Below, piece after piece: positions 36,891-40,095 of a DNA stretch of 40,095 nucleotides (position 1 is its first letter; every line of letters begins with the position of its first letter). The position numbers and the translations under genes are program-made. Source of the DNA: an uncultured Lachnospiraceae bacterium (lineage in GTDB: Bacteria; Bacillota; Clostridia; Lachnospirales; Lachnospiraceae); assembly GCA_947177925.1 (NCBI GenBank), contig CAMWWJ010000001.1, forward strand, positions 1 through 40,095, given 5' to 3'. The notes under the pieces are model-generated. The model saw nothing but the letters and a program-made list of their open reading frames with translations, was not told the origin of the DNA and did not search any database.

Positions 36891-37115
36891 ATGAATCCAA
36901 TTTTAAATTGGGTTGACAATAATTTTCCTATTGAAATCAAACAAAATAGTTTGATAATATTGCAAGTTCCTGCAGGAGCACAAGTAATTGATGGATTATT
37001 ATATAAAGATGAACTAAAAAATAAACAGGGCAAGGAGCAGAGAAATATTGTATATCAGTACTTAAAATCTGCACTTTTAAAGGATGTGCCAGCGCAAAAT
37101 GAGTATAAATTTTGA
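36891..37115 (+). CDS. small hypothetical protein
   Basis: 74-aa ORF with an AGGAG RBS directly after the upstream stop. No motif recognised. Confidence 0.4.
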   Translation: MNPILNWVDNNFPIEIKQNSLIILQVPAGAQVIDGLLYKDELKNKQGKEQRNIVYQYLKSALLKDVPAQNEYKF

Positions 37116-37248
37116 TAGAAATGGTTCCCAAGTGATGTATGAAAGCTTTATAGGAGTCACTCCAGAAAATTTAATGAATAAAAAGGATGAATTCCAGGAT
37201 TATAGTCTGACATTAGAGGAGGTAATAAAAAGTATAATACAAGTATAG
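37099..37248 (+). CDS. small hypothetical ORF (49 aa) immediately upstream of fic
   Basis: MSINFDRNGSQVMYESFIGVTPENLMNKKDEFQDYSLTLEEVIKSIIQV. It overlaps the end of the preceding ORF and has no clear RBS. Confidence 0.25.
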   Translation: MSINFDRNGSQVMYESFIGVTPENLMNKKDEFQDYSLTLEEVIKSIIQV

Positions 37249-37261
37249 AAGGGAAATAAAT

Positions 37262-37867
37262 ATGACACCTGAAAATAAATTAGGCATTATAGAGTCGACG
37301 GAGCTTGCACGAACCGAAGAGAAAATGAGCAAAAAGAAAGCTCTTGAATTGTTTGAAAGTGGTTATTTGGATAATTTAGAAGCTGGAACATATAAAACGC
37401 TTGCAGAAATTCATAAGTATCTGTTTGGTGAAATTTACAAGTTTGCAGGAAAATTGAGAAATGTGAATATTGCAAAAAGTAATTTCAGATTTGCACCGGT
37501 TATATATTTGCAGGCTGCTTTAGAAAATATAGATAAGATGCCACAATCTACTTTTGATGAAATTGTTGAAAAGTATGTTGAGATGAATGTGGCACATCCT
37601 TTCCGGGAAGGTAATGGCCGCAGTACGAGAATCTGGCTTGATCTTATTTTAAAAAAGGAAATAGGTCAAGTTATCGAATGGAGTAAAGTAGATAAAGATG
37701 ATTACCTTCTTGCAATGGAGAGAAGTCCAATCAGGGATGTTGAAATCAAACATCTTTTGAAGCAGGTTCTTACAGAAAAAATTAACGATAGAGAAGTATA
37801 TATGAAAGGTATTGACTATAGCTATTACTACGAGGGATATGCTGTTTATAAAATGGAAGAATTATAA
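37262..37867 (+). CDS. fic: Fic-family protein (AMPylase), class III architecture
   Basis: Fic motif HPFREGNGRSTR. The C-terminal SYYYEG matches the inhibitory (S/T)xxxE(G/N) motif located at the C-terminus. Confidence 0.85.
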   Translation: MTPENKLGIIESTELARTEEKMSKKKALELFESGYLDNLEAGTYKTLAEIHKYLFGEIYKFAGKLRNVNIAKSNFRFAPVIYLQAALENIDKMPQSTFDEIVEKYVEMNVAHPFREGNGRSTRIWLDLILKKEIGQVIEWSKVDKDDYLLAMERSPIRDVEIKHLLKQVLTEKINDREVYMKGIDYSYYYEGYAVYKMEEL

Positions 37868-37999
37868 TTTTGTCGTTTGATAACTTCTGAGGGCGGTAGA
37901 AGTGAAATAAGAGGATTGCCGCTCCGTGTCATTCTCTGATACAAGGGATGAATTATGAAAACGGATAAGTTGACTGATGATGAAATTTATTTCAAAATG

Positions 38000-38027
38000 T
38001 GGTCATAAGAAGTAACCAAAAGAAGAA
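38000..38027 (+). repeat. 28-nt perfect direct repeat, copy 1
   Basis: tggtcataagaagtaaccaaaagaagaa is identical to 38332..38359. Confidence 0.9.
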
Positions 38028-38043
38028 AGGATGTGAAAATAAT

Positions 38044-38316
38044 ATGCACAATTATGCAATTCTTAGAAATAGCGGAGAATATACAATATTTCAATTTAAT
38101 AATCAAATAATCCGTTTTGTTACATCTTCCAAGTTAGAAAGATATACGAAAGTTATAGAGTGGGATCATGGATATTTGGTAGTGATGGCAAAGTACAGAA
38201 ATTTGGATGAAGTAGAGGAATATATTGACTTGATTCCGATACTTCAAAATCTATACTATGATACAGATGCTTTTTTAGAACCTATAAAGGAAGTGAGGAT
38301 TGAATATGCAGCTTGA
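38044..38316 (+). CDS. small hypothetical protein bracketed by the 28-nt direct repeats
   Basis: 90 aa from MHNYAILRNSGEYTIFQF.... The start is uncertain, because the ORF is open from 37999. No motif recognised. Confidence 0.4.
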   Translation: MHNYAILRNSGEYTIFQFNNQIIRFVTSSKLERYTKVIEWDHGYLVVMAKYRNLDEVEEYIDLIPILQNLYYDTDAFLEPIKEVRIEYAA

Positions 38317-38331
38317 TATTAAAGATATTAC

Positions 38332-38359
38332 TGGTCATAAGAAGTAACCAAAAGAAGAA
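38332..38359 (+). repeat. 28-nt perfect direct repeat, copy 2
   Basis: Identical to 38000..38027. It abuts the -35 of the larB promoter candidate. Confidence 0.9.
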
Positions 38360-38389
38360 TTGCCGAAAAACTCTTTTATATAGTATAAT
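38360..38389 (+). promoter_or_regulatory. sigmaA-type promoter candidate (TTGCCG-N18-TATAAT) for larB-larE
   Basis: TTGCCG at 38360-38365 and TATAAT at 38384-38389. Confidence 0.4.
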
Positions 38390-38454
38390 GAAAGAACTTC
38401 TTTATAAAATAATAAAAATTGTAAAGTTTAAAACCGTTAGGAAAGAGGCACAAA

Positions 38455-39207
38455 ATGGAAACCAGAGAAATCTTAGAACAAGTAAGAAACGGAAAGCTCA
38501 GCGTGGAGGAGGCAGAACGACATTTCAAAAAGCAGCCTTTTGAGGAATTAGGCTATGCAAAGCTGGATTCCCATAGAGAAGTCCGTTCCGGTTTCCCGGA
38601 AGTGATTTTTTGTAGCGGCAAGCCGGATGAATATCTGGTGTCCATCTACCAAAAGATGTATGAAGCAAATGGGGAAGTATTCGGTACAAGGGCAAATGCC
38701 CACCAGTTTGAAGCGGTAAAGACAGTGTTGCCCCAGATAACCTATGATGAGATATCCCATATCCTTAAGATAGAAAAAAAGGACAAGGAAAGAAGCGGGA
38801 AAATCGCTGTCTGCACCGCAGGGACAGCAGATATACCAGTGGCGGAGGAAGCTGCCCAGACAGCGGAATTTTTTGGAGCCTGTGTAGAACGGATTTATGA
38901 TATAGGGGTAAGCGGCATTCACAGGCTGTTCCAACGGTTGGACACCATACAGGAAGCCAATTGTATAGTGGCGGCTGCAGGCATGGAAGGAGCCCTTGCC
39001 AGTGTTTTGGGAGGACTTGTGGAAAAACCTGTCATTGCGGTTCCTACCTCCATAGGATATGGCGCCAGCCTGCATGGGCTGTCGGCTTTGCTGACTATGA
39101 TAAATTCCTGTGCCAACGGGATTGCGGTAGTAAATATCGACAACGGATACGGTGCGGGCTATATGGCGACACAGATTAACAGACTGGCTGTAAAAGGTAA
39201 GAAATAA
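38455..39207 (+). CDS. larB: LarB, nickel-pincer nucleotide cofactor biosynthesis carboxylase/hydrolase (PurE-like)
   Basis: N-terminal ILEQVRNGKLSVEEAE...LDSHREVRSGFPEVIFCSGK followed by a PurE-like fold (IAVCTAGTADIPVAEEA, AAAGMEGALASVLGG). Confidence 0.8.
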   Translation: METREILEQVRNGKLSVEEAERHFKKQPFEELGYAKLDSHREVRSGFPEVIFCSGKPDEYLVSIYQKMYEANGEVFGTRANAHQFEAVKTVLPQITYDEISHILKIEKKDKERSGKIAVCTAGTADIPVAEEAAQTAEFFGACVERIYDIGVSGIHRLFQRLDTIQEANCIVAAAGMEGALASVLGGLVEKPVIAVPTSIGYGASLHGLSALLTMINSCANGIAVVNIDNGYGAGYMATQINRLAVKGKK

Positions 39208-39208
39208 T

Positions 39209-40030
39209 ATGGATTCATACGAAGAAAAATATAACAGGCTCCATGCCATGATGAAAGGATATGCACAACAAAATATGGCAGTTGCCTTTTCCGGGGGAGT
39301 CGACAGCAGCCTTTTGTTGAAAATGGCTGTGGCATATGCAAAAGAACAGGGAACGATTGTCTATGGGATTACAGCCGATACAGAGCTGCATCCGGCGGGC
39401 GATATAAAAATTGCAGGGAAAGTAGCAAAAGAGGCAGGGGCAGAACATATTCTGTTAAAGCTAAAGGAGCTAAAACAGGCGGATATCCTTCAAAATCCCG
39501 TTGACCGTTGCTATCGGTGTAAAAAATATCTCTTTGGGGAAATGAAGGAAAAGGCACAGCGGTTAGGCGCTGCAATCTTAATGGAAGGAACCAATGCAGA
39601 TGACCTTCTGGCATATCGTCCGGGAATCAGGGCAGTTGAGGAGCTAGGCATAAAAAGTCCTTTAAAGGAAGCCGGATTGACCAAAACAGAGGTGCGGAGG
39701 CTGGCTTCCCGATATGGCATATCTGTAGCGGACAGACCCTCAGCCCCATGTCTGGCTACCCGTTTTCCCTACGGAGAAACGTTGACTCCTCTGAAGCTGA
39801 AACATGTGGAACAGGGAGAAGCATTTTTAAGGGCATTGGGATTATATAATGTCAGGTTGCGGGTACACGGTGAAATAGCCCGTATTGAAGTGGATGAAGA
39901 CTATATGGCCGGGCTTTTAGAAAAGAAAAGGGAAGTGGCGGCATATTTGAAGGAGCTGGGGTATTCCTATATCACGCTGGATTTGGAAGGCTTTCGTTCC
40001 GGAAGCATGGATATAGGAATCAGGAATTGA
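39209..40030 (+). CDS. larE: LarE-type PP-loop ATP-dependent sulfur transferase (copy 2)
   Basis: FSGGVDSS PP-loop, CYRC (CxxC), APCLATRFPYGE Cys and ARIEVDEDY...LDLEGFRSGSMD C-terminus. It lies directly downstream of larB. Confidence 0.8.
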   Translation: MDSYEEKYNRLHAMMKGYAQQNMAVAFSGGVDSSLLLKMAVAYAKEQGTIVYGITADTELHPAGDIKIAGKVAKEAGAEHILLKLKELKQADILQNPVDRCYRCKKYLFGEMKEKAQRLGAAILMEGTNADDLLAYRPGIRAVEELGIKSPLKEAGLTKTEVRRLASRYGISVADRPSAPCLATRFPYGETLTPLKLKHVEQGEAFLRALGLYNVRLRVHGEIARIEVDEDYMAGLLEKKREVAAYLKELGYSYITLDLEGFRSGSMDIGIRN

Positions 40031-40095
40031 ATTTTCCAATGTAACAGTTCAGCCCTCAGTTTTCCCCCGCAGGAATCGGGAACGGCTGCCGACAG

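Noticed and set aside
38313-38543. 76-aa Lys/Arg-rich ORF spanning the second 28-nt repeat, the larB promoter and the larB start
   Set aside because: It overlaps regulatory sequence and the 5' end of larB in another frame. Its composition reflects AT-rich intergenic DNA.

Overview
This 40-kb window looks like Firmicutes/Clostridia chromosome. This is a guess from low GC, GGAGG-type RBSs, sigmaA-type promoters and gene content. Almost every credible gene is on the + strand, and the content is dominated by sulfur and cysteine metabolism. From 5' to 3' it holds: (i) two hypothetical genes. (ii) A tRNA-modification/sulfur-relay operon with TcdA, a rhodanese-TtcA fusion, an AzlC/AzlD hybrid and a LarE-like PP-loop ATPase. 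(iii) A LysR-led operon for transsulfuration and gamma-glutamylcysteine synthesis. (iv) A housekeeping cysK preceded by a consensus promoter, a CymR-like operator and a 31-codon leader ORF with four consecutive Cys codons, followed by yezD. (v) A tRNA-Cys(GCA)-like element. (vi) A nitrogenase-like operon in the order NifB-like, NifX-like, NifH-like, CysK-like, NifD-like, NifK-like, NifX-like. (vii) A second LysR paralog, an SsuA/TauABC-type importer, a second divergent CysK, a MacB-type exporter and two GNATs. (viii) Rrf2, NifS, a truncated IscU and CysE, followed by a second NifD/NifK-like pair with no NifH of its own. (ix) An ECF sigma/anti-sigma pair. (x) An apparently more AT-rich islet with an AlbA_2/Schlafen-type protein and a class III Fic. 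(xi) larB and larE. The main candidate for a little-described system is the sulfur-embedded nitrogenase-like (Nfl/Mar-like) machinery at about 12.4-33 kb. It has two D/K pairs, one H, dedicated CysK paralogs and an organosulfur-type ABC importer. Several gene remnants and two sets of long direct repeats suggest the region was assembled as a mosaic. All family assignments rest on motifs read by eye. No database search was run.
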